From Candidatus Woesearchaeota archaeon (lineage in GTDB: Archaea; Nanobdellota; Nanobdellia; Woesearchaeales; GCA-023898365): a stretch of 64,000 nucleotides of DNA. The notes beneath the pieces are model-generated. The model ran no database searches, was not told where the DNA came from, and was given only the letters and a program-made list of their open reading frames with translations. Both the position numbers and the translations under genes were made by a program. How positions within the stretch are numbered: the stretch's first letter is position 1; every line of letters starts with the position of its first letter. The stretch lies in assembly GCA_023898365.1 (NCBI GenBank), contig CP060219.1, forward strand, positions 932,444-996,443. Reading direction: 5' to 3'. Below are positions 27,369 to 36,383 of this stretch, one piece after another.

Positions 27369-27821
27369 ATGGAAGAACAGCTTGGACAAGAACCAGCACC
27401 TGTTGGAACGGGTAGAACATTGGTAAACGCTCTCTTACCGGTGGCTTTAGGAGTAGGCGCTGCAATAGGGATTCATGAACTGAGTGACTTCGTTGGAATG
27501 GAAGGAGCTAGGGCTGCATTAGACGCCTCTGAAGCATATTCGGGACATGTTGGACGAACGATACTCTACAATATGGCAATCATAGCGCAATTAGGTGCTG
27601 AAGTATTTGGCGGATTATCCGTAGCACTCGTCTCAAGAGCAGCACTTACCAGACATCACACGCGCGAAACAGCAGCATATATGCGGGAATTAGAACAAGC
27701 ACTTCGAGATGACGGCACCTGCACAAATCTTGATCTTCCAGGATCAGCCGGACAGCGCATATATGAAATGGAACAAGACTCGCGAGCACCCTCGCCACAT
27801 AATTACCGGCACCGACCATAA
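27369..27821 (+). CDS. Hypothetical protein with hydrophobic segments
   Basis: A 150-codon ORF with two Gly/Ala-rich hydrophobic stretches. Confidence 0.45.
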   Translation: MEEQLGQEPAPVGTGRTLVNALLPVALGVGAAIGIHELSDFVGMEGARAALDASEAYSGHVGRTILYNMAIIAQLGAEVFGGLSVALVSRAALTRHHTRETAAYMRELEQALRDDGTCTNLDLPGSAGQRIYEMEQDSRAPSPHNYRHRP

Positions 27822-27857
27822 CTACTGTTTTAAACAGGTGTGGCAAATACACCGTAG

Positions 27858-28361
27858 ATGGGAAAAAAAATTATTGTGCGCGAACACTATCAACAAACCT
27901 ACGCTTACGAATTGACCGCGCCACAAGGAAAAAACTTCGACCCTGAATTCACACCAGAACTCACCCCGCAAGAAATGCTCTCACTTGGCGTGTTTAACGG
28001 CTACTACTTTCTTGGCACCATTCCAAAAGAATTTCCTGCCTTGTGGTTTGCAAAAGCAAAAGTATCTGATCATCCAAACCCCGAACTAAACTTCTTTAAA
28101 ATCTCCGCATCACAACCACTTGCCATTTGGCAAGCAAAAGGATGGATATGTCAAGATGATCCGCTCGGTTGGTTTCAATGGTACTGCAGATATTACTTCG
28201 GACGACGCCATCCAGACGATGCAAGACAAATCAATCGCTGGAAAGCAATAGCGCGACACATAGGTCAAATCAAAAAGAACTGCTATCCTGGAGACCTCAT
28301 GTGCAGAAGAAAACAACGACAAGCATTATTACACTGGGCACGAGACGCGAGAAAGTATTGA
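27858..28361 (+). CDS. Conserved-looking hypothetical protein (W/Y-rich)
   Basis: A 167-codon ORF. The distinctive segment GWFQWYCRYYFGRRHPDDARQINRWKAI looks like a conserved family motif, but I cannot name it. Confidence 0.5.
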   Translation: MGKKIIVREHYQQTYAYELTAPQGKNFDPEFTPELTPQEMLSLGVFNGYYFLGTIPKEFPALWFAKAKVSDHPNPELNFFKISASQPLAIWQAKGWICQDDPLGWFQWYCRYYFGRRHPDDARQINRWKAIARHIGQIKKNCYPGDLMCRRKQRQALLHWARDARKY

Positions 28362-28482
28362 TACTTGTTTTTTATGGCGTTTATTCTTAAAGATAGGTTA
28401 GAAAAAAATCTCAAACAGACAAGTCAGTTCCTCTACTCGTAAAAAAACAGAAAATTTTATATAATAATATATTTACCTTAAA

Positions 28483-28824
28483 GTGACAATGAGTGATGCA
28501 GCTTTTAGTGAAATGTTAAAGAAGTTAGCGAGTGTAACGCCAGGATTGGTAAGAGTAGTAACTACTATGCCTTCGCTTGAAATCGCTTTAGCGGCTGACG
28601 GAAGTCAACAATCGAGGAGGTTGCATGACTCATTAAGATCAACACACAAAAGTACAATTAATGGATACTTAGCACAATATAGATTAATTCAAGATGCATT
28701 CAACAATTATTTAGAAACTGTTGAAAGCCAAGAATCTAAGTCTGAAATAGAAGCATATACGCCTTTTTTTGAAGACACTATAACTTTTTTGGAAACGGCA
28801 CTAAGTCTCTATGAAAAGGATTGA
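28483..28824 (+). CDS. Hypothetical small protein
   Basis: A 113-codon ORF with a GTG/TTG-type start. No motif. Confidence 0.4.
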   Translation: MTMSDAAFSEMLKKLASVTPGLVRVVTTMPSLEIALAADGSQQSRRLHDSLRSTHKSTINGYLAQYRLIQDAFNNYLETVESQESKSEIEAYTPFFEDTITFLETALSLYEKD

Positions 28825-28990
28825 ACTAACGAAAAAGAATATAACGGAAGAATTCTTTGCGCGTCATTTCTCCAAATTTCTTTCGCTTTGATCAAGAAAC
28901 TGCTGATAATCTCAACGATAAAATTAAAAATAGATCTCAAAGGCAGGTTACACAAAAGACGCCAATCTTTTATTAACAGAAAATAAAGAA

Positions 28991-29073
28991 CGCCACGGCC
29001 CGGATTTGAACCGGGAATTCCGTGAGGAACCAGCTCTCAAGGCTGGCGCAATACCAGATTATGCGACCGTGGC
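28991..29073 (-). tRNA. tRNA-Ser (TGA), class II with a long variable arm
   Basis: The reverse complement folds as GCCACGG ... CCAGC-CTTGAGA-GCTGG, a variable arm TTCC-TCAC-GGAA, T arm CCCGG-TTCAAAT-CCGGG, CCGTGGC and discriminator G. Confidence 0.85.
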
Positions 29074-29201
29074 AAAAAACGTGTTTTTTGGTGATAGGTT
29101 GCGGTGTGAAAACGTGAAACGTTTGATCACTTGCGACTGTGGTAAAGGTCTTTTCTTCGTGCTTTTCTAGGTCGCGACCGACAATTCTATTGGCGTGCAT
29201 A

Positions 29202-29216
29202 CGACCGTGGCAAAAA
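29202..29216 (-). repeat. 15-nt direct repeat of the tRNA-Ser 5' end plus leader (second copy of 29064-29078)
   Basis: cgaccgtggcaaaaa occurs at 29064-29078 (tRNA positions 1-10 plus 5 upstream T) and again at 29202-29216, exactly 138 nt apart. Confidence 0.7.
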
Positions 29217-29249
29217 GGATTATATGTGTTTTCTATTCGTTTTTAAAGG

Positions 29250-30236
29250 TTGTTACTTTGTTTAGGCGCCATAAGGTTTATGAATTCTCTCTTCTTCTTC
29301 ACTTCCATGCTTCCTCGTTTCAAATCTAAGGCGTTTCTTGCTCCGATGGCTGGTGTGTCAGATTATTTCTTTCGTGAACGTTGTTTAGTGCAGGGTGCAG
29401 GTCTTGTTGTTTCTGAGCTTACGAGTGTTGAAGGTTTGGCAAGAGGCCATTATGTGCAGCGTAAGGATTCTGATTTGTCCATTCTTGCGTCAAGGCCACA
29501 GTCTCCTCTTTCTATTCAACTTTTCGGCAGCGATGTAAAGACCAGCTTGAAAGCAGTTGATCTTGTCGAACCGTACTGTGATATTATTGATTACAATCTT
29601 GGTTGTCCTGCACCGCATATTACCAAGCAAGAAGCAGGTGCAGCATTATTAGCGAAGGATGAGGCGCTCAAAAAACTCTTTTCTGCATTAGTAAAACATA
29701 GTGATAAACCTATTACGGCAAAAATAAGGGCTGGCATCTCGGAGAATAACCTTGTGCATATCAAGATTGGCAAACTTCTTGAGCAGGAAGGAGTTGATAT
29801 GATCTCGCTCCATGCGAGAACAGTAAAGCAGGGGTATAGTGGAACTGCACAGCTTGAATGGATCAAGGAACTTAAAGATACTCTTGACATTCCTGTCTGT
29901 GGCAATGGTGACATCACCACCCCTGTTCAAGCAAAACAAATGATGGAACAAACAGGCTGTGACTTTGTGATGGTGGGGCGAGGCGCGAGAGGAAACCCGT
30001 TTATATTCAAACAAATTCATGAGTATTTTGAAACGGGCACTTACAAAAATCCAACTGATCTTGCAATAAAGCAAGAATTCCTTTCTTATCTTGATTGTCT
30101 CACCGATCATTTCTCACTTGCCTCTATTAAGGCGAAAGCAATGCTCTTTACAAAAAACTTAAAAGGAGCAAGTGTTCTAAGAACAGCTATTGCAAACGCA
30201 TCATCTGTTGATGCGGTGCGTGAGGTTTTTTCATGA
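29250..30236 (+). CDS. dus: tRNA-dihydrouridine synthase (Dus family)
   Basis: LAPMAGVSD, NLGCP, TAKIRAG and SLHARTVKQGYSG are Dus motifs. The true start is probably an internal M (MNSLFF or MLPRF). Confidence 0.85.
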   Translation: MLLCLGAIRFMNSLFFFTSMLPRFKSKAFLAPMAGVSDYFFRERCLVQGAGLVVSELTSVEGLARGHYVQRKDSDLSILASRPQSPLSIQLFGSDVKTSLKAVDLVEPYCDIIDYNLGCPAPHITKQEAGAALLAKDEALKKLFSALVKHSDKPITAKIRAGISENNLVHIKIGKLLEQEGVDMISLHARTVKQGYSGTAQLEWIKELKDTLDIPVCGNGDITTPVQAKQMMEQTGCDFVMVGRGARGNPFIFKQIHEYFETGTYKNPTDLAIKQEFLSYLDCLTDHFSLASIKAKAMLFTKNLKGASVLRTAIANASSVDAVREVFS

Positions 30237-30874
30237 TTGTCGGGGGAATTGATGAAGCAGGACGAGGACCAGTCATTGGTCCAATGGTTATGGCCTTAGT
30301 TGAATGTCCAGAACTTCGCCTTGCAGAATTAAAAGAACTTGGTGTTAAAGATTCTAAACTCTTAAGTCCTCGTCAACGCGAAGAAATCTATGAAGTTCTT
30401 GTCAGAGATTTTGACGTGCATAAAATAATTTTACACCCGCAAGATATTGATGCTGCACTTACTGATCCTTCTATGAATCTTAACAAGCTTGAAGCAAAGG
30501 CAAGCGCTAGTCTCTTAGCTGAGAGTCTGGCAGAAAAAGTTATTCTTGATTGTCCAAGTGTTAATCAAATAGGTTATCTTGATCAATTACGCACGTTCAC
30601 TAAGGTGGACAAAGAACTCATAGCTGAACATAAAGCTGATGAAAAATATGTAATTGTTGGTGCAGCCTCAATTATTGCCAAAGTAACCAGGGATAGAATA
30701 ATTGATGAGCTAAAGAAAAAGATTGGCATTGATTTTGGCTCGGGGTATCCATCGGATCCGAAGACGATTGCGTTCATTAAAGCACACTATAAGGATTTTG
30801 ATTTCTTTAGAAAAACGTGGAAGACGTATAAGAATGCTGCGCAAAAGATGAGTTTGCAGGGTTTTATGCGCTAA
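30233..30874 (+). CDS. rnhB: Ribonuclease HII
   Basis: GIDEAGRGPVIGPMV and ADEKYVIVGAASIIAK are present. ATGA overlap with dus. Confidence 0.92.
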   Translation: MIVGGIDEAGRGPVIGPMVMALVECPELRLAELKELGVKDSKLLSPRQREEIYEVLVRDFDVHKIILHPQDIDAALTDPSMNLNKLEAKASASLLAESLAEKVILDCPSVNQIGYLDQLRTFTKVDKELIAEHKADEKYVIVGAASIIAKVTRDRIIDELKKKIGIDFGSGYPSDPKTIAFIKAHYKDFDFFRKTWKTYKNAAQKMSLQGFMR

Positions 30875-30930
30875 GACTCGGTAGAAAAGCATTTAAAGAT
30901 GCTCTTATTGCAGGATCAAGGGGTTTTCAC

Positions 30931-32349
30931 ATGCAAGAAGGATTAAGTTATGGTGATGTATTGCTCGTTCCAAAATTAGGAATTGTTGAAAGCAGAAAAG
31001 ATATTGATACGACAGGCAGAATAACAAAGGGCATTGCTGTAAAAGTTCCTTTTGTGTCTGTTAATATGGACACCGTTACCGAACACGATATGGCAATTGC
31101 CATGGCCCGCTATGGTGGTCTTGGTATTATTCATCAGTTTATGACTATTGAAGAGCAGGTTGAAGAAGTACGCCTCGTAAAACGAGCAACCTCACATATT
31201 ATTGAGAATCCTCTCTGTATTTCTCCCGATCTGACCTTGCAAGAATTGTTCACAACGTATTCAAGAAAGTATAGTTTTCTCGTAACGGATAAAGACCATA
31301 AACTTGTTGGCATTCTCTCAAACAGAGATTTTCTTTTCGAAACAGATTTTACAAAAACAATCAAAGAATTGATGACAACAAAAATTATCAGTGCTCCTGA
31401 AGACGTCACGTTAGTTGAAGCGAAACAAATTTTCAAAAAACATAAGATCGAAAAATTACCTTTAGTTGATGCGCAGGGGCATGTGAAAGGGCTTATCACC
31501 ACAAAGGACATTTTAAACAAAGTCCGCTACCCTCTTGCAAGTGTCGATAAAAAAGGAAGGTTTCTTGTCGCAGCAGCTGTTGGTGTAAAGAATGGATTTC
31601 TTGAACGCACAGGAAAACTCATCAAAGCAGGAGCTGACATCATCTGTGTCGATATTGCACACGGCCATTCAGAATTAGCAATTCGGACCGTTAAAGCAAT
31701 CAAAGAAGCGTATCCCAAAACTCAAATTCTTGCAGGAAACGTTGCAACAGGAGAAGGCGCAAAGGCATTAATTGAAGCGGGAGCTGATGGTATTAAAGTT
31801 GGTGTTGGTCCTGGTTCTGCTTGCACAACAAGAATTGTTGCAGGAACAGGCGTTCCTCAAATTACTGCTCTTCAAAATGTTTCCGCCGTAGCAAAATTGT
31901 ACGATGTTCCCATCATGGCTGATGGAGGTATAAAAACCGGCGGAGACATTGCAAAAGCAATTGTTGCCGGAGCAGAAAGTATGGGTGCGGGCAGTCTCTT
32001 TTCAGCAACTGCTGAAAGTCCAGGCAGGCTCATTGTTAAAGACGGCAAACGATTCAAACTCTATCGTGGATCAGCATCAACAGCAGCAAACATTATGCGT
32101 ACCAAACGAGAAGGACGATCGCTTGACACCACGTACACTGCAGAAGGAATTGACACACTCAAACCATTCAAAGGTCCGGTTATTGAAGTTTTCAATGAAC
32201 TCTTAGGAGGTTTTCGTTCAGGACTCAGTTATTGTGGGGCGCGAACCCTTAAAGAAGCGCAAGAGAACGGAGAATTTATTAAAATAACTTCAGCTGGTAT
32301 GGCTGAAAGTAAGGCACAATTCTCTTCCAACGGAAACGGAGATTTGTAA
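30931..32349 (+). CDS. guaB: IMP dehydrogenase with CBS pair
   Basis: [10 protein letters not shown], the catalytic-Cys loop [11 protein letters not shown], and a CBS insert. Confidence 0.92.
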   Translation: MQEGLSYGDVLLVPKLGIVESRKDIDTTGRITKGIAVKVPFVSVNMDTVTEHDMAIAMARYGGLGIIHQFMTIEEQVEEVRLVKRATSHIIENPLCISPDLTLQELFTTYSRKYSFLVTDKDHKLVGILSNRDFLFETDFTKTIKELMTTKIISAPEDVTLVEAKQIFKKHKIEKLPLVDAQGHVKGLITTKDILNKVRYPLASVDKKGRFLVAAAVGVKNGFLERTGKLIKAGADIICVDIAHGHSELAIRTVKAIKEAYPKTQILAGNVATGEGAKALIEAGADGIKVGVGPGSACTTRIVAGTGVPQITALQNVSAVAKLYDVPIMADGGIKTGGDIAKAIVAGAESMGAGSLFSATAESPGRLIVKDGKRFKLYRGSASTAANIMRTKREGRSLDTTYTAEGIDTLKPFKGPVIEVFNELLGGFRSGLSYCGARTLKEAQENGEFIKITSAGMAESKAQFSSNGNGDL

Positions 32350-32354
32350 GTGGT

Positions 32355-34259
32355 TTACTCCAATGTTGTTGTTTGCGCTTTAGTGGCAATCAATTTCTGC
32401 ACACGTTCTTTAAACTCTGCAAGATCCATGCCTTGTGTAACAGACCCATCAAGCGTGCGCACAGATAGTTTTCCCGTTTCTTGTTCTTGATCGCCTATAG
32501 TGATGATGAGGGGAACTTGTTCAAGTTGTGCGTTTCTTACTTTTTTGTTAAGGGTATCTGCGTTTTCATCAATTTCATACCGGAGTCCTAGTTCTTTTGC
32601 AACCTTTCTTGCATAGTCGAGGTGACGATCGGCAACGGTAATGAATTTAACTTGCACGGGTGCAAGCCAGAGAGGAAATTTTCCTGCATAATGCTCAATT
32701 AAGATGCCAATAAATCGTTCTAAACTTCCAAAGATTGCGCGGTGGATCATTACCGGGCGATGATCGTACGTTCCATCGTCTCCCATGTACGTAATGTCAA
32801 GGGTTTCCGGCATGGCAAAATCAACTTGGATGGTGCCGCATTGCCAAGTTCTTCCCATCGAATCTCTAATGTGAAAATCAATTTTTGGTCCGTAAAACGC
32901 ACCATCTCCTTCATTAAGTTGGTAGGCTATGTTCTTTTTTTCTAGTGCTTCGCGAAGCGCATTTGTTGCTTTGGTCCACATGTCTTCTGAACCGATGTGG
33001 TCATCAGGCATGGTTGAAAGTTCAACAGCAACATTGTCAAACCCAAACGTTGCATAAATTTCGTAGACTAGGTTAAGAACGCCAACGATTTCATCAGCTA
33101 CTTGCTCAGGTAAACAATAGATGTGCGCATCATCTTGGGTGAAACTTCTCACGCGAAAAAGTCCGTGTAACACGCCAGCTAGTTCATGTCGATGCACAAG
33201 ACCTAGCTCGCCAATTTTCATAGGTAATTCTTTGTAGGAACGTTTTCTTGATTTAAAGACAAGAACACCGCCCGGACAATTCATAGGTTTGACTGCGTGG
33301 TCTCCCCCATCTATTTTGAAAAAGTACATGTTTTTTTGATAATGATCCCAGTGACCCGACCGTTCCCAAAGTGATCGATTTAGCACAATAGGTGTTTTGA
33401 TCTCAACGTAGCCATCTCGTTTGTGCACGCCTTTCCAGTAGTCGATGATGGTGTTCATCAATTCCATACCTTTTGGATGCCAGAACGGAAAGCCTGCTCC
33501 TTCTTCATGGAAGCTGAACAGGTCAAGTTCTTTACCGATCTTTCGATGGTCTCTTTTTTTTGCTTCTTCAAGAACGGTAAGATATTCTTTGAGTAATTTT
33601 TTATCAGGAAATGAAATACCATAAATTCTCGTGAGTGCGTCATTTTCAGCATGTGCGCGCCAATACGCGCCGCTGGTCTTTGTCACTTTAAACGCTTTAA
33701 TCATGCCAAGGCGAGGAAGGTGTGGGCCTCTGCATAAATCAGTGAATTCTCCTTGAGTGTATGCGGTGATACCTCCTTCCATTTCTTCAATGAGCTCAAC
33801 TTTGTATTTGTTTGTTGCAAATTCTTTTTTTGCCGCATCCTTTGTTGCAAATTCTTTTCTTGTTGGCCGGAAATCTTGTTCGATGATTTTTTTTGCTTCT
33901 TCTTCGATCTTTACAAGATCTTCTTCAGAAATTTTTACGTTTGCAAAGTCATAATAAAATCCTTGTTCGATTGCAGGTCCAATTGTAGGTTTGGCTTCGG
34001 GAAATAAGCGCAAAACTGCTTGCGCAAGCACATGTGCTGAAGAATGCCAAAAGAGCTCTTTTCCTTGCGCATCATCAAAGGTGAGAAAAACAACGCTCGC
34101 ATCGCCCGTAAGAGGAGTTGCCAGGTCTTGCAGCTGTCCATTAACAGTTATAGCAAGCGCTTTTCTTGCGAAACCTTCAGAAATGCTAAGCGCGATGTCG
34201 CTTCCTGTAGTGCCCTCTTTGAACTCTTTTTTGCTTCCATCAGGAAATGTTATGTTCAT
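32355..34259 (-). CDS. thrS: Threonyl-tRNA synthetase (TGS + editing + class II core + anticodon-binding domain)
   Basis: The TGS start is MNITFPDGS. HSSAHVLA is the editing-domain motif, and class II motifs are present (LVHRHE..G, GTIQVDF). Confidence 0.93.
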   Translation of the reverse strand: MNITFPDGSKKEFKEGTTGSDIALSISEGFARKALAITVNGQLQDLATPLTGDASVVFLTFDDAQGKELFWHSSAHVLAQAVLRLFPEAKPTIGPAIEQGFYYDFANVKISEEDLVKIEEEAKKIIEQDFRPTRKEFATKDAAKKEFATNKYKVELIEEMEGGITAYTQGEFTDLCRGPHLPRLGMIKAFKVTKTSGAYWRAHAENDALTRIYGISFPDKKLLKEYLTVLEEAKKRDHRKIGKELDLFSFHEEGAGFPFWHPKGMELMNTIIDYWKGVHKRDGYVEIKTPIVLNRSLWERSGHWDHYQKNMYFFKIDGGDHAVKPMNCPGGVLVFKSRKRSYKELPMKIGELGLVHRHELAGVLHGLFRVRSFTQDDAHIYCLPEQVADEIVGVLNLVYEIYATFGFDNVAVELSTMPDDHIGSEDMWTKATNALREALEKKNIAYQLNEGDGAFYGPKIDFHIRDSMGRTWQCGTIQVDFAMPETLDITYMGDDGTYDHRPVMIHRAIFGSLERFIGILIEHYAGKFPLWLAPVQVKFITVADRHLDYARKVAKELGLRYEIDENADTLNKKVRNAQLEQVPLIITIGDQEQETGKLSVRTLDGSVTQGMDLAEFKERVQKLIATKAQTTTLE

Positions 34260-34322
34260 ACATATGCCTCACGATTATTTATCCTTACAAGAATTGATAC
34301 GATTTTAAAAAAGTTGTTGTCC

Positions 34323-34688
34323 TTACTTGCGCTTCGTCGGCTTTTTTGTAACGTGCTTCTTGTCAGTTGCTTTTTTTTGCACTGCTTTTTTCTTTGGAGC
34401 TACAGTTTTTTTAACAACTTTTTTTTCAGCAGGTTTCTTTTTTGCAACGGTTTTTTTCTTTTCAGCCGGCTTTGGAGCTGCTTGGACTTTCTTCTTCTCT
34501 TCCACGCAATAAATGAATGTGTTGCGCTTTCCTGTGTTCTTATAGGAAAGAAGATTTGTTTTTCGAAGTTTCTTTAGTGACATAGTAACAGAGCCAATAG
34601 ACACGTTCAAACTTTCAGAAATATCGCGAGACGTGAACCACTCACTCTTATGTTCAACTAAAAAGTCATATACTTCCTGCTGCCCCAT
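34323..34688 (-). CDS. Winged-helix protein with a Lys/Ala/Pro-rich histone H1-like C-terminal tail
   Basis: The N-terminal ~65 aa are wHTH-like (FTSRDISESLNVSIGSVTMSLKKLRK). The C-terminal ~55 aa read AAPKPAEKKKTVAKKKPAEKKVVKKTVAPKKKAVQKKATDKKHVTKKPTKRK. Confidence 0.6.
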   Translation of the reverse strand: MGQQEVYDFLVEHKSEWFTSRDISESLNVSIGSVTMSLKKLRKTNLLSYKNTGKRNTFIYCVEEKKKVQAAPKPAEKKKTVAKKKPAEKKVVKKTVAPKKKAVQKKATDKKHVTKKPTKRK

Positions 34689-34849
34689 AGGGTTTTCACT
34701 GAATAGAGAACTATATAAACTTATTGTTGTTACTTGTATGTAGTTTTGCCTTCAATTGCCGTTCTAGAGAATATACGGGCATTTTTTGAACTTTCTTGCC
34801 AGCAAATCCGAGGAGTAGATTTTTAAATCTTCTCAAACTGTTCATCCAC

Positions 34850-35944
34850 ATGCCTGATTACCTAAACAAAATCAAGGAACTTGAAGATCTCATAGCTGGT
34901 TCCAAATACAATAAACGAACGCAGCACGCAATTGGCATGTATAAGGCGCAGCTTGCAAAACTTAAAGAAAAAGAAGTAACACGGGGTTCAAAGAAAGCGG
35001 CAACAACCGGCTACAGTGTGCGCAAAACAGGAGATGGGACAGTTATCTTAGTTGGCTTTCCAAGCGTTGGTAAATCAACGCTCTTAAACAAACTTACTGA
35101 TGCAGAATCACCAGTTGGCGCCTACGCATTTACCACGCTTACAGTAATACCAGGGGTGCTTGACTATAAACATGCAAAAATTCAAATTCTTGATGTGCCG
35201 GGTATTGTTCAAGGAGCTGCACTTGGCAAAGGACGAGGAAAAGAAGTTTTAAATGTTGTTCAAAATGCTGACTTGGTTATTATTCTTCTTGACGCACTCC
35301 ACCCAGAACATCTTCCCGTCCTTCAAAAAGAATTGTACGATAGCAATATTCGATTAAACAAGAAAAAACCTTTTGTCAAAATACGAAAGCGTGCAAAGGA
35401 CGGACTACGAATTGGGCGCACCGTACTCACGCCAGATCTTGATGACGAAACGATTATGACAGTCTTAAAAGAATTTCGTATAAACAACGCCGAAATCTTA
35501 ATACGAGATCCAATTGATGTTGATGACTTAATTGATGTTATTGAGCAGAATAAATCCTATGTGCCTTCCTTGATTGTCATGAACAAGAAAGATCTTGTCT
35601 CTGAACAAAAACTTGCAGCAATCAGTAAGCAAACAAACTATGATATTGCCATTTCTGCAGATCAAGACAGTGATTTTGTCGAATTAAAAGAACTCATCTA
35701 TGATCGCTTACGTCTCATTCCTCTTTTTTTGAAAGAACCTGGAAAGGAAGCTGATATGAAGGAACCGCTCATCATGTTTAAAGATTGCACCATACGTGAC
35801 GTTTGTTCAAAGTTACATAAAGATTTTGTAAGCAAGTTCAAATTTGCAAGAGTGTGGGGCTTATCAGCTAAGTTTCCTGGACAGCGACTGACCTTACGTC
35901 ATATGCTCAAAGCAGGCGATGTGCTTGAGCTTCACGTGAAATAA
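34850..35944 (+). CDS. DRG/Obg-family GTPase with C-terminal TGS domain
   Basis: G1 is GFPSVGKST, G3 is DVPG and G4 is NKKD, and the C-terminus is TGS-like. I preferred the ATG at 34850 (MPDYLNKIKELE) over the listed upstream TTG. Confidence 0.88.
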   Translation: MPDYLNKIKELEDLIAGSKYNKRTQHAIGMYKAQLAKLKEKEVTRGSKKAATTGYSVRKTGDGTVILVGFPSVGKSTLLNKLTDAESPVGAYAFTTLTVIPGVLDYKHAKIQILDVPGIVQGAALGKGRGKEVLNVVQNADLVIILLDALHPEHLPVLQKELYDSNIRLNKKKPFVKIRKRAKDGLRIGRTVLTPDLDDETIMTVLKEFRINNAEILIRDPIDVDDLIDVIEQNKSYVPSLIVMNKKDLVSEQKLAAISKQTNYDIAISADQDSDFVELKELIYDRLRLIPLFLKEPGKEADMKEPLIMFKDCTIRDVCSKLHKDFVSKFKFARVWGLSAKFPGQRLTLRHMLKAGDVLELHVK

Positions 35945-36007
35945 CGTCTCCGTAAGCAATATGTTTATATATGTCCTCTGCTTTCACGACATACGGAGGG
36001 ATAAAGG

Positions 36008-36370
36008 ATGACAAAGGTTTTAATCGTTGAAGATGATGCTAATATTGCACTTGCAGAAGCTGAGATTCTCAAAGCTGAAGGATATGATGTGGTAATCGCA
36101 AAAGACGGACTTGAGGGTCTCGACAAGGCGGTGGAACATAAACCGGTGGCTGTTGTTTTGGATTTGATGATGCCGAAACTTTCAGGAATCGAAGTATGTC
36201 GACGCATCCGAGAAGATCCTTCTTTAAAACACACCAAAGTGGTAATGGTTACGGCAAAAGATACTGATCAAGACGAAGCCTACGGTATGCACGTTGGAGC
36301 AGATGACTACTTAGCAAAACCGTTTGAGCCAATTGAACTGGTGCACATCCTGCGTCAAGTTCTCAAATAA
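36008..36370 (+). CDS. Single-domain response regulator (CheY-like receiver)
   Basis: VEDD, the phospho-acceptor context VVLDLMMP, VTAK and AKPF are present. There is no output domain. Confidence 0.88.
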   Translation: MTKVLIVEDDANIALAEAEILKAEGYDVVIAKDGLEGLDKAVEHKPVAVVLDLMMPKLSGIEVCRRIREDPSLKHTKVVMVTAKDTDQDEAYGMHVGADDYLAKPFEPIELVHILRQVLK

Positions 36371-36383
36371 AAGAGCATGAGTT

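Noticed and set aside
28973-29200. 75-aa minus-strand ORF
   Set aside because: It overlaps tRNA-Ser (28991-29073) and has an implausible sequence.
28991-29260. tRNA-Ser-associated direct repeat considered as att sites of an integrated element
   Set aside because: The repeats are only 138 nt apart and involve the tRNA 5' end rather than the 3' end. No integrase or cargo lies between or beside them.
34044-34577. 177-aa and 61-aa plus-strand ORFs (34044-34577 and 34327-34512)
   Set aside because: They are antisense to the thrS 5' end and to the Lys-rich tail of the wHTH gene. They read as poly-F/L translation of an A-rich repeat.
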